Assembly (NCBI GenBank): GCA_000004695.1
Contig: CM000151.3
Location: forward strand, 7,104,001 to 7,168,000
Direction: 5' to 3'
DNA length: 64,000 nt
Source of the DNA: Dictyostelium discoideum
Lineage: Eukaryota
The notes beneath the pieces are model-generated. The model made no database searches. It was not told where the DNA came from and was given only the letters and a program-made list of their open reading frames with translations. The position numbers were made by a program, and so were the translations under genes. The stretch's first letter is position 1, and every line of letters begins with the position of its first letter. Of the stretch, positions 52,942 through 64,000 are shown in pieces.

Positions 52942-54213
52942 TTTTATTATTTAAATATTAATTATTTTAAAATAAACTATAGTTTTAAAAATTATAATTA
53001 TAGTTTTTTAATAATTCAACATAATATACAATAAAAATTAATATGATTTTTTTGTTTTTTTTCTTTTTTATATTTTATATAATTTTATATTTTAGAATAA
53101 TAAAAACCAGAATAAATTAGAAAATTGATTGTATGAATTTTCTTTTTTAATTATTTCACTAAAATTGAAAAATTAATTGTTTGGTTAGAATTCCTTTTTT
53201 TATTTTTGTTTGGTTAGAAAATGTTTTTAAAATACAAATCCACATTGGTCAAATAAATTTAGAAATTAGGAAATTAATTAGAGAATTTATATATTTAAAA
53301 TAAATTTTATTAAAAATAATTATTTTATACAGTGGCCCTCAAACGAAAGTTTTTTAAATTATTAAAAAATAAATATTCATTGCAATTGGATTTAAAAGAG
53401 TAGTTTATTTTGTTTCTAATTTAACTTATTTTTTTTATTTTGACTTTTGTCATTTTTCAATATACCGATGAGCATTGGTTTTAAAAAAAGAAATGGTAAA
53501 TTAGAATTTTATCTATTGAAATGATATCATTTTCAATACAATCAATAATTTTAAAATGATGAAATTATTTTTTTTATCCTTTGTTTGTAATTCTTCATTT
53601 ATAAATACATCATAAATAATCCCTAAAAAATTAACTAATTTTGATCAAAAAAATGACATAATCTTAAATAAAAAAAATAAAAAAAAGAAAAAAAACATCA
53701 TTTTTCAATGGTACTCATGGATTTTTTATTTTTATTCCCTTTAAAAGATGAGTAATTGAGGATTTTAAATGATTATTTTAATGATGTAAATAATGTTTTC
53801 AACTATTTTATTGAATCAATTTAACAATGATGATAGAATCATACTTTTTAAATGTATAAAATAAAAATAAAAATTTAAAAAATAAAAAAACAAACTTTTT
53901 TTAAATCAAAAGATAATAAAATCATTATCTTGTACTTGTTAGTATCATACTTCTTGATTAAAATTTATTTATTTTATTATTTAACTTGTATGTCAACATA
54001 ATAATTTTACAAAAAATAAAATATTCCATATCTCTTGTTTAGGGTTCTGTAGTGGTTAAAAATGGGGTAATTATTTAGTGGGGTAAAATAAAAAAAAAAG
54101 ATAAAAAAAAAAATAAAAAAAAAGTATAAATAGAATTTTTATTTTTTTAATTTATTCCAAAATAAAAATCAATTGTTAAATAAATAAATATAAATTAAAA
54201 AAAACCTAAAAAA

Positions 54214-54465
54214 ATGTTATTCAGTATGTATTTTTTATATAAAAAAAAAAACAAATTAAAAAAAAAAAACAAAATTTAATAAACAATTTCTAATTAATTT
54301 ATTTTATTATTTTTAGAATCCATTATTTCATTATTAAATAAATCATCAAATGTTGTTTCATCATCAAAATCAAATGACTGTAATATTAATTCATTTGATT
54401 CAACATGTAATACTGTCTCAAATAAGAGTTCAACAACATTCTTTACAAGACCAAACTTTGTGAAC

Positions 54466-54471
<6 letters not shown>
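54214..54471 (+). CDS. MLFK family type-B copy 4 (54 aa; 6-nt shorter variant)
   Basis: Exons 54214..54223 and 54317..54471. The product is MLFKSIISLLNKSSNVVSSSKSNDCNINSFDSTCNTVSNKSSTTFFTRPNFVNY. Confidence 0.55.
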
Positions 54472-54513
<42 letters not shown>

Positions 54514-54788
54514 AAAAAAATTAAAGTACGAACTTATTTATTAAAAAGGGACCGACCAATATAAAAAATAAAAAAAACAATAAAAATTAGAAATTTTGTT
54601 TGACTTTTCATAAATCATTTGTAAATTAGTAAAAAAATAAAAAAATGCTAATTTAACTGTAATGTGTATGAGTTAAATTTATTCAATGACTATGAGTTGT
54701 TAAAAAATAAATACCAAGGATCATTTTCAAATGAATAAATATTAAACCATTATAATAATATAACACCTATTTTAATAAAAAAAAAAAA

Positions 54789-54819
<31 letters not shown>

Positions 54820-55327
54820 ATTATTTATTATTTGAATAAAATTATAATTGTGGTAATTTAATTACATCTTGGTATATAATTGTTATGTACTTAATTTTTT
54901 TTAATTGAATTTTATATAATTTTTTTCATATTTTGAATGATTCAAATAAATAATTTTAAAATAAAATAAAAAAGAAAGAAAATAATTTATTTGATTTATT
55001 TTTTTTTTTTAAAAAATGAAAAAGAAAAAACTATAAATAGAATAAATTAAATCATTTTTTTTATCAAAAATTATTAAACAAATAAAATTAAAAAGTAATA
55101 CTACAAATTAAAGAAATAAAAAAATGACCAACAACAATTTAAATAAAGAAGGTTGGTATATAACTTATTCAATATGAAATATATTTTTAACAAATATAGT
55201 TATTAATATAATTTTTATATTTTCAAAATGATTAAACTTAGTTAATCATTTAGAAAAAGAAGCAGCATCAGTATATGATAATAAAAAAGAAGCAACAATT
55301 AATGCATATAATGCAACAACAAATGCA

Positions 55328-55852
55328 ATGAGTGATGGTATGAAATATGTTGGTGATTCATTATCATCAGCAGTCGAAGTAACAAAAGATGCAACTATCA
55401 ATATGTATAATGCAACAACTAATGCAGTGAGTGATGGTTATGATTTTTTAAAATCAAAAACAAATGAATTAATCAGCAATACTCAAAATGAAAATGAAAA
55501 TTTAAAAGATGGTGCTTCAAAGAAAATCGAAGAATTAAAAGATAAATCAAGTGAAGTAAAAGATAATTTAAAGGAAAAAGGCGAAGAACTAGTTGACGAT
55601 GCTAAAGATGCTGCTCATAATGCTTCAAATAAATTGAATAACGCTAAAGATCAAGTTTCTAATAAAATGGATAATGTAAAAGATGATATAAAGAAAAAAG
55701 GCGAGGAAATAGTTGACGATGCTAAAGATGCTGCCAATAAAGCTTCTGATAAAATGGAACATGTAAAACATGATATATCAAATAAATACAATGAAAAAAA
55801 AACAGAAGCTGCTCATAAACTAAATCAAGCTGCAAATAAAATCGACCTATAA
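55328..55852 (+). CDS. LEA-like repeat protein, array copy 5 (174 aa from the internal ATG; one 40-aa repeat fewer)
   Basis: The upstream mini-exon (55124..55151, ATGACCAAC...) and intron are present. A 1-nt insertion (gaaaaagaaAgc at about 55255..55262) shifts the N-terminal extension out of frame and gives a TGA after 12 codons. The open frame therefore starts at ATG 55328. Confidence 0.5.
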   Translation: MSDGMKYVGDSLSSAVEVTKDATINMYNATTNAVSDGYDFLKSKTNELISNTQNENENLKDGASKKIEELKDKSSEVKDNLKEKGEELVDDAKDAAHNASNKLNNAKDQVSNKMDNVKDDIKKKGEEIVDDAKDAANKASDKMEHVKHDISNKYNEKKTEAAHKLNQAANKIDL

Positions 55853-56081
55853 TAAAATTTTAAAACAAAAAATTAAATAAAAAAAAAGATTTTAAAAAAT
55901 TAATTACTTTTATTTAACCAACAATCTTATCTAAAAAAAAAAAAACCAAAAATAAATTGTATAAAAAGAAAAAAAAAATAATTTTATCAATTTTTATTTT
56001 TTATTATTAATTTAATTCGTTTGTTTAATTTATAATAGAATGTCGCCCAATATTTTAATGTTTCAAAAGTTTTTTTTTTTT

Positions 56082-56328
56082 TTAATAATTTACAAAGTTT
56101 GGTCTTGTAAAAAATGATGATGTACTTTTCATAACAATGGTATCATTTGTTTGATTTATTGAATTATTTAAATTGTTTGAGATCGATGAATCACTTTTTG
56201 AAGATGATTTAAATGAAAATGAAATTAATGATTCTAAATAATTTAAAAAAAAAAAAAGTTAATAATTAATTCATTGGAAAAAAAAAATAAAAAAAATATA
56301 TTGTTTAAAAATACATACTGAATAACAT
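56082..56328 (-). CDS. MLFK family type-A copy 5
   Basis: Exons 56319..56328 and 56082..56233. Confidence 0.6.
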
Positions 56329-57839
56329 TTTATATTTTCTTTTTTATATTAATAGTTTAATTTTTAATTTTTATTATTCGTTTTAATTTGATAATGATTA
56401 TTTATATTTTTTTTCTATTTATACTTTTTTTTTTTGACCCTGTTTTTTTTGTTTTTTTTTTAATTTTATTCTTTTCTAGAAATAACCACACTCTTTATTA
56501 AAATTAAACAATATTAAAAGAGTGTTAAAATTAAATTTAGAATTGTGTTGTCGACATAAACATTACCTTTTAAAAAATCAAAAGATATGTTATCAACATG
56601 TATTAGTTTATGAATTTAGGTTATTATTATGGAAACAATATTGTTTTAATATTAATTATTTTATTTTCAAAATAAACCATAGTCTTAATAATTATTTTTA
56701 TAGTTTTTTATTATTTAATTTAAAAATATATTTATTTTTATGATTTTTATTTTAGAATAAATAAAAACCAAAATAAAAATATATCAATTTTTTTTTTTAA
56801 ATTTTTTAAGTAATATGGAACAATTAATTGTTTGGAATGGATATTAGATTCATTTATTGATTTTTGTTTGGTAAGTAATTGTTTTTAAAATATAAATCCA
56901 CTTTGATCAAATAAATTTAGAAATAGGGAAATAAATTAGAGAATTAATATAAATTTTAATAATAAAATTTTAAAATAATTATTTTACAAAGATGCCCTCA
57001 AATAAAATTTTTCAAAATTATTAAAAAATAAATATTCATTGCAATTGAAATTAAAAGAGTAGTTTTATTTTATTTTTATTGTTTACTTATATTGATTTTT
57101 GATTTTTTTTTATAAAAGAAATGGTAAATTAGAGTTCTACCTTTTGAAATGAAACCACTTTAAATACAATCGAAAATTTAAAAATGATATTGTTTTTTAA
57201 TCATTTTTTTAATTTCATCATTTATAAATACATCATAAATAATCCCTAAAAAATTTTGATCAAAAAAATAATCTGAATGACATAATTTATAAATAAAAAA
57301 TAAAAAAAAAGAATAAAAACATCATTTTTCAATGATACTCATGGATTTTTTATTTTTATTCCCTTTAAAAGATGAGTAATTGAGGATTTTAAATGATTAT
57401 TTTAATGATGTAAATAATGTTTTCAACTATTTTATTGAATCAATTTAACAATGATGATAGAATCATACTTTTTTTAGTGTGTAAAATAATAAAAAATATT
57501 TAAAAAATAAAAAACAAACTTTTTTTAAATCAAAAGATAATAAAATCATTATCTTGTACTTGTTAGTATCATACTTCTTGATTAAAATTTATTTACTTTA
57601 TTATTTAACTTGTATGTCAACATAATAATTTTACAAAAAAATAAAATATTCCATATCTCTTGTTTAGGGTTCAATAGTGGTTAAAAATGGGGTAATTATT
57701 TAGTGGGGTAAAAAAAATAAAAATATAAAAAAAAAATAAAAAAAAAAAGTATAAATAGAATTTTTATTTTTTAATTTATTCCAAAATAAAAATCAATTGT
57801 TTATTAAATAAATATAAATTAAATAATCCTAAAAATAAA

Positions 57840-58080
57840 ATGTTATTCAGTATGTATTAAAAAAAAAAAAAAAAAATTTAATAAAAAAAATTCTAATTAA
57901 TTTATTTTATTATTTATAGAATCAATTATTTCATTATCAAATAAATCATCAAATGTCTCATCATCAAAAACATTATTATCAAATGACTCTAATTTAAATT
58001 CATTTGATTTAACATGTAATACTGTCTCAAATAAGAGTTCTACAACATTCTTTACAAGACCAAACTTTGTAAACTATTAA
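57840..58080 (+). CDS. MLFK family type-B copy 5
   Basis: Exons 57840..57849 and 57920..58080. Confidence 0.6.
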
Positions 58081-58757
58081 AAAAAAAAAAAAAAAAAAAA
58101 ATTAATTAAAGTACGAATCATAAAAAAAACTTATTTATTAAAAAGGGACCGACCAAATATATAAAATAAAAAAAATAAAATAAAATTTAAAAAAAAAAAT
58201 TATTATACCGCAATTTTGTATAACTTTTATTTGTGAATTATTAAAAAAAAAAAAAAAAAAATAACCAGAATTTTTGTAATGAAAAACTGTAATATTTGAT
58301 TTGTATGAGATTTAAGAAATCCAAAAAAAGATTATTTAATGACTATGATTAAATTAAACCATCATAATAATATCAACCCATATTTTTATAAATTTCCCCA
58401 AAAAAAATAAAAAAAATAAAAAAAATAAAAATAAAAAAAAAAAAAATAAAATAATTATTTATTATTTGAATAAATATAATTGTGGTAATATAATTACATC
58501 TAGGTACATAATTAATTTTTTTTTAATTGAGTTTTAAATAATTATTTTTCATATTTTAAAAAATATTCAAATAAATAATTATTTATATTAAAAAAAAAAA
58601 GAAATAATTAATTTGATTTAATTTTTTTTTAAAAAAATGAAAAGAAAATACTATAAATAGAATAAATTAATTCATTATTTCAATCAAAAAATATTAAACA
58701 AATAAAATTAAAAAGTAATACTACAAAATATAGAAATAACAAAAAAGAAAATAAAAA

Positions 58758-59633
58758 ATGACAAACAACAATTTAAATAAAGAAGGTTGGTATACAATGT
58801 TATGAAATATAATTTAATATATAGTTATTAATAAAAATTTTTTTATTTATTAATAATTACAAAATTTAGTTAATCGTTTAGAAAAACAAGCAGTATTAGT
58901 ATATGATAATACAAAAGAAGCAACAATCAATGCATACAATGTCACAACAAACGCAATGAGTGATGGTATGAAATATGTTAGTGATTCATTATCATCAGCA
59001 GTCGAAGTAACAAAAGATGCAACTATCAATATGTATAATGCAACAACTAATGCAGTGAGTGATGGTTATACATCTTTAAAATCAAAAACAAGTGAATTAA
59101 TCAGCGATACTCAAAATGAAAATGAAAATTTAAAAGATGGTGCTTCAAAGAAAATCGAAGAATTAAAAGATAAATCAAGTGAAGTAAAAGATATTTTAAA
59201 GGAAAAAGGTGAAGAACTAGTTGAAGATGCTAAAGATGCTGCTCATAATGCTTCAAATAAATTGAATAATGCTAAAGATCAAGTTTCTGATAAAATGGAT
59301 AATGTAAAAAATGATATAGAGAAAAAAGGTGACGATGCTAAAGATGCTAAAGATGCTGCCAATAATGTTTCAAATAAAATGAATAATGTTAAAGATCAAG
59401 TTTCTGATAAAATGGATAATATTAAAGACGATATAAAGAAAAAAGGTAAAGAATTAGTTGACGATGCTAAAGATGCTGCCAATAATGCTTCAAATAAATT
59501 GAATAACGCTAAAGATCAAGTTTCAGATAAAATGGAACATGTAAAACATGATATATCAAACAAATACAATGAAACAAAAACAGAAGCTGCTCCTAAACTA
59601 AATCAAGCTGCAAATAAAATCGACCAACAATAA
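58758..59633 (+). CDS. LEA-like repeat protein, array copy 6 (longest; 225 aa from the internal ATG, three 40-aa repeats)
   Basis: Exons 58758..58785 and 58870..59633. Confidence 0.65.
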
Positions 59634-59691
59634 TAATAATAAAAAATTAAAAAAATATTTATAAAAAATTTATTATACTTTTGTTTATAGA

Positions 59692-61720
59692 TTAATAAAA
59701 TCTAATAAATTTTGAAACGAAATCACTTGTTAATTTATTAATAAATTCAGTATTTTCAATTGAAATATAAATTGATTCTAATGAAATTGGTAAAGAATTT
59801 GAGAGAGTTGTTTGATCTTGATAAAAACGTTGATTCTTAATTATTAATTTTTTTAATTTATTTGGAAGTAAATTTGGTTCAAATGATATATTTTTATATT
59901 TTGGACCAAATGTTAAAGAGGTAATATTTGGAGGTAAATGACCAATTGGTATTTTCTTTTCAAAAAAACCTAAATATAATGATTGAAGTGAATGGAAATT
60001 TGAAAGATCTGGTAATTCTCCTTTAATACTAGACAATTCTAAATGAGTTATTGATTTTGAAGGTATAGCTGAGAGTGGAAATGGTTTATCATATTCAGAA
60101 CCTAATACTAATGATTTTAAATTTGTATGTAAAAATAAATCATTTGGTAATGTTTGATTAAACTTTGCACCAAACTTTATTGATTCAAGTGTTGATGGTA
60201 TCATTTCTTTATTAAGTTTTCTATTAAACCGATTTCCCAAAATCAATACCTTCAATTGCTTTGGTAATGAATTTTCATTAAATTCTTTATCATAACTTGA
60301 ACCCATTGTAAGTGAAGTGAGATTCTTTGGTAGAATTGTTGTTTCTAATGGTGAATGTAATTCTTGATTAAAATCATTTCCAACTTTATGGAAAAATATT
60401 ATTTGAGAATTGATTTGGTGTTATTACTTGATTGAAGTAATTATCAAATTGAATCGATGTTATTGACCCTCCAATATCTTTTTTAGCATTAAAATCTCTG
60501 GAATTCATTTCTGAATTAAATTCTCTGGAAAGTGTAGTTACTGAATTTGGTATTGCCCCATACTCAATCACACCTCCATAATCATTCTCCAATATTAATG
60601 ATTTTAATGAATTCTTTGAATATAATTGATCAATAATTTTAATATCTTGTGAAAATCCATTACCAAACTCTAAATGTTTAATTGCTTCAGGTACCAAACT
60701 TTCTTTATTAAATGTACCTTCATCATCATCATCATCTTTACAATTAGTTGATATTTTATTATTTACAAATGGTTGGTCAAATTCATCACCAAATTTAATA
60801 CTTGTTACTGATTGAGGAATTATATTTTTATTTAATGCTTGATTAAATGATTCACTAAAAATAATTGTTTTTACTGTATTTGGTATTGAGTTTTCATTTA
60901 ATGTTGCACTGAATTCATATTGAAATTCTAATTCCTCTAAATCTGATGGTAATAATCCAAAACTTAAATTCCCTCTTTCATTATAATCATACTCTATTGA
61001 ATTAATATAACTTGAATATTTATAATTTAATAATGAATCATATGTCATATATAATTTCCTATTTAAATGAATATTATATAATCTAAGATGAAATAATATA
61101 TTATTTTTAATATATTTATTTTTCCAAACTTTTTCAAATAACATTGTATTATTGTTATTATTATTATTATTATTATTTTTGTTATTCTCATTATCATTAT
61201 TATTAATACTAATACTCGAATGTTTATCATCTTCGTGAAAAAGTTTGATCTTTTTATTTATTTTAAAATTATTATTTTTATAAATTTCAGGAAAGTTTTT
61301 ATTATTTTCAATTATTATTTGAAGTGAATGATACTCTAAACTATTATTATTATTTAAAGTATTTATATTTATTATTTCATTGAAATTATTATTTTGGTGA
61401 TGAAATGATTTAAAATGGTTATATAATGAATTATACTGTTTTATATTTAATCCTTTCATCATTTGGTATCTTTTTTCAATAAAATCTCCACTAATATTTT
61501 AAATTTTTAATAAAAATTAATAGGAGAGAGTGGATATATAATAATTATAAAACACATACTCTTGATTGGAAGAGACTATGATCGAGTTTACCCTACTAAA
61601 GTAATTTAATAATTGATCTATGGAGATATAAACTCCATTGATTGATAATATTAATAAACTCTTTAACAATGTTTCCTCTTTGCTAATTAGAGAATCAAAA
61701 ATTGATTTCTCCATTGCCAT
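59692..61720 (-). CDS. FNIP-repeat protein (Dictyostelid-specific about 22-aa FNIP repeats), 2 exons plus an apparent frameshift
   Basis: Exon 1 61560..61720 (MAMEKSIFDSLISKEE...; donor GTATGT; phase 2) and exon 2 from 61490 downward (GDFIEKRYQMMKGLNIKQYN...KVWKNKYIKNNILFHLRLYN...). FNIP repeats (IPNSVTTL..FG..FNQ) run through 59692. The reading frame changes by +1 inside a T5 run near 60386..60392, between track ORFs 60386..61462 and 59692..60306. Confidence 0.6.
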
Positions 61721-61776
61721 AAAGGATTGTGTGGTGAATTTCTATTTTTAAAAAAAAAAAAAAAAAAATGAAAAAA

Positions 61777-61810
<34 letters not shown>

Positions 61811-62177
61811 CAAGATATTTTCGCTCAACCACTTTCCTTTTATTTATTTTGTTATTATATTTCTCTGATTTTTAAGATTCTTAAAAAAATTGATAACAGG
61901 TAAAATAATAAAAATAAAAAATTTAATAATAATAAAAAAAAAAATTAAAAAAAATAATAATTTGTTTTTAGTTAAAAAATAAAACCAATAAAAATAATAA
62001 AAATAATTCTATTGAAAAAATAAAGAAAATTAATACAATTTCAAAATAATAAATAAATTTAATTATTTATGGTGTAATTTAAAAAAAAAAGTGTCATTGC
62101 TTGTTGAAAAATAAAAAAACATTGTTTGAGATTATTTTTGATTTTTTTTTTTATCCTCGAAAAAAAAGATTTTTATC

Positions 62178-62211
<34 letters not shown>

Positions 62212-62519
62212 ATATTAGATATTTATAGTATTGGTTGTTTATGGTTGTGGTTGTGGTTGGGTTATATTTGAAAACTGATATTTTTATGATCGATTGGTGG
62301 AAGTTGTTTATATTTTTTTTATTTGAATTTGGAAAAAATTATTTTGTATTTTTTTTTTTACTTTTTTATTATTATTTAACAATTATAATTTTTTTTTTTT
62401 TTTTTTAATAAAAATTATAATAATTAAACAAAAACAAATTTTTCCTTTTGTTTAAATCAATTTAAATTATTAATTTTTTTTGCTATTGATGGTTTTTTTA
62501 TTTTTTAATTTTCATAACT

Positions 62520-62700
62520 TTCCGACCACTTTTTGAAAAAAATGAACATGATATTTTTTAGGGCTGCACCAAATTAGCGAAAAAAAAACTCGATTTTCTT
62601 TGTTTTTATGTGGGTTTTTGTTTGTCAATAAAAGGTTACAGAAATGTGGTGGCAGCCTCATATAAATTCGTTGTTGATTTCTGAAAATTATTAAATTGTT
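62520..62700 (+). other. non-AT-rich island about 200-380 bp upstream of the next gene; candidate small structured RNA or promoter element
   Basis: GGGCTGCACC (62561..62570) is complementary to GGTGGCAGCC (62648..62657). The GC content is well above the surrounding DNA. There is no convincing ORF; track ORF 62512..62739(-) lacks coding character. Confidence 0.25.
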
Positions 62701-62896
62701 TTTCCTATCTATCTTGATCAAATTGAGATTATTTAGCATTCACATATTTTTTCTTCTTTTTTTTTTTGTGGAAATAAGAAAAACAAAAAAAAAAAAACTA
62801 TAAATTAAAAACTAATTAGTTTTTTTTTTTTTTTTTTTTCTATTGAAATAAATAGGTAAATAGAAAAATTTTTACTCAATATATAAATTTATTTAT

Positions 62897-63275
62897 ATGA
62901 AAAAAAGAATGGGTTCATATAAAAGTTCATCAAAATCCTCTTCGTCAGAATCTTCTTCAAAATCATTAATTTTAGGTTTCACTAAATCAATGGAAAAAGG
63001 TATGTATTCAATACAAAAAAATAAAAAAAATAGAAATAAATAAATATTATATTATTAACACATAAAAAAAAAAAAAAAAAAAAAAAAACTTTAAAGGATC
63101 TTTTGGTGTTTTATATGCGATGATTAAAGGCAATACATTCCCAAAAATACTAACAATTTTAAGTATTTTAATAGAATTTTGTCGTAAGCATTATTTAAAA
63201 ATATCTTTTTTTTTTTTTTTTTTGATCTTCTTTTTATTTTTAAATTTCAAACACAAAAAAATGATAATGATTTTT

Positions 63276-63310
<35 letters not shown>

Positions 63311-64000
63311 GTCTTGTTATTTATTTTTACCATTGATAAAAAAAGACTTAATTGTATAATATTTATAATTTTTTATTTAAATTATACAATAATGATAATC
63401 ATTAAATAATTACCATCATCTTTTTTTTTTTTTGTTATATCTTTTTTTTTTTTTTTTTTTCTCACAGTGAATATAATTAATTAATTATTTTTTTACTTTA
63501 TCCATGGTTATTAAATAATAAAATTTTATAAAAAAAAAAGAATTATCATCGTTTGGATTTAAACATCAATATCTGTGGGGTGGTTCAGCAGGTTATTATT
63601 TAAAAAAAATAATGTCACCAATTAATCATCCAAGTTCATTAGTTGGATATACTGGTTTTACAATATTCTATTGGATTGTAATTGGTTTATTATTACTTGG
63701 TTTTTTAAATATTTGGTATGTTGGATATCAATTTTATAGAGGTAAAATCGCAAATATATGGGTAATTAGAACTTTACGTTGGTTTGTAAGTTTGGCAATT
63801 GCCGTTTTATTCATACCAATCACATCATTACTTTTAATTGGTTTAGATTGTGATTACAGTTCAAGCACACTTAGAAGTTATTCAAATGAACAGATCGATT
63901 GTTATAAAGGTCAAAATTTACCAGTGGCATTGGCCTCCATTATATTAATGATTACATTTAGTTTAGTAGGTTTTATATCAAGTGCAACCTATTATGAATT
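62897..64000 (+). CDS. multi-pass membrane protein, 3 or more exons, 3' end beyond the window
   Basis: Exons 62897..62999 (MKKRMGSYKSSSKSSSSESSSKSLILGFTKSMEK plus G; donor GTATGT), 63097..63183 (donor GTAAGC) and 63541..>64000. The phases are 1 then 1. The last exon encodes several hydrophobic helices (GFTIFYWIVIGLLLLGFL...; FVSLAIAVLFIPITSLLLIGL...). Confidence 0.5.

Noticed and set aside
39500-59700. Periodic spacing plus repeats prompted a check for a CRISPR-like array
   Set aside because: The units are 3.7 kb, protein-coding and eukaryotic (introns, TATA boxes). No short direct repeat or spacer structure is present.
62512-62739. 75-aa minus-strand ORF in the GC-enriched island
   Set aside because: It is short, has no intron or start context, and its composition is unlike flanking genes. 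It is kept only as a possible ncRNA or promoter island.

Overview
The window is Dictyostelium-type nuclear DNA: about 78% AT, homopolymer-rich intergenic DNA, short AT-rich GTAAGT/GTATGT...AG introns, and CAA/AAT codon repeats giving poly-Q/poly-N tracts. Positions 1-39.7 kb and 59.7-64 kb hold ordinary, mostly intron-poor genes. Minus strand: a WD40-repeat gene, a small MSP-like gene, a likely ZFYVE26/spastizin-like giant ORF pair, tyrosyl-tRNA synthetase and an FNIP-repeat gene. Plus strand: a CDIN1 (C15orf41)-like nuclease, a Q/N-rich protein, a large NYN-ribonuclease-domain protein, a vWA (Ro60/TROVE-like) protein, a DUF4326-like protein, a polyQ/N coiled-coil protein, a secreted Cys-rich protein, an RCC1-repeat protein and a partial multi-pass membrane protein. 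A tRNA-Ala sits about 50 bp from a 5'-truncated TRE5-like non-LTR retrotransposon fragment, and two hssA-like small genes form an inverted duplication. The most striking part is 39.8-59.7 kb: a recently amplified tandem array of about 3.7 kb units. Each unit carries one plus-strand gene for a hydrophilic LEA/apolipophorin-like protein built of 40-aa repeats (6 copies; 174, 185 or 225 aa from the internal start), flanked by two paralogous, oppositely oriented small Ser/Asn-rich genes of a previously unrecognised-looking family (10 copies). These small genes have a 10-nt first exon (MLF), a phase-1 intron and a C-terminus FFTRPNFVNY. The array is interrupted by a 100-N assembly gap and, in unit 1 only, by a tRNA-like gene. 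All calls are by eye from sequence and the ORF track; coordinates of hand-derived splice sites may be off by 1-2 nt.
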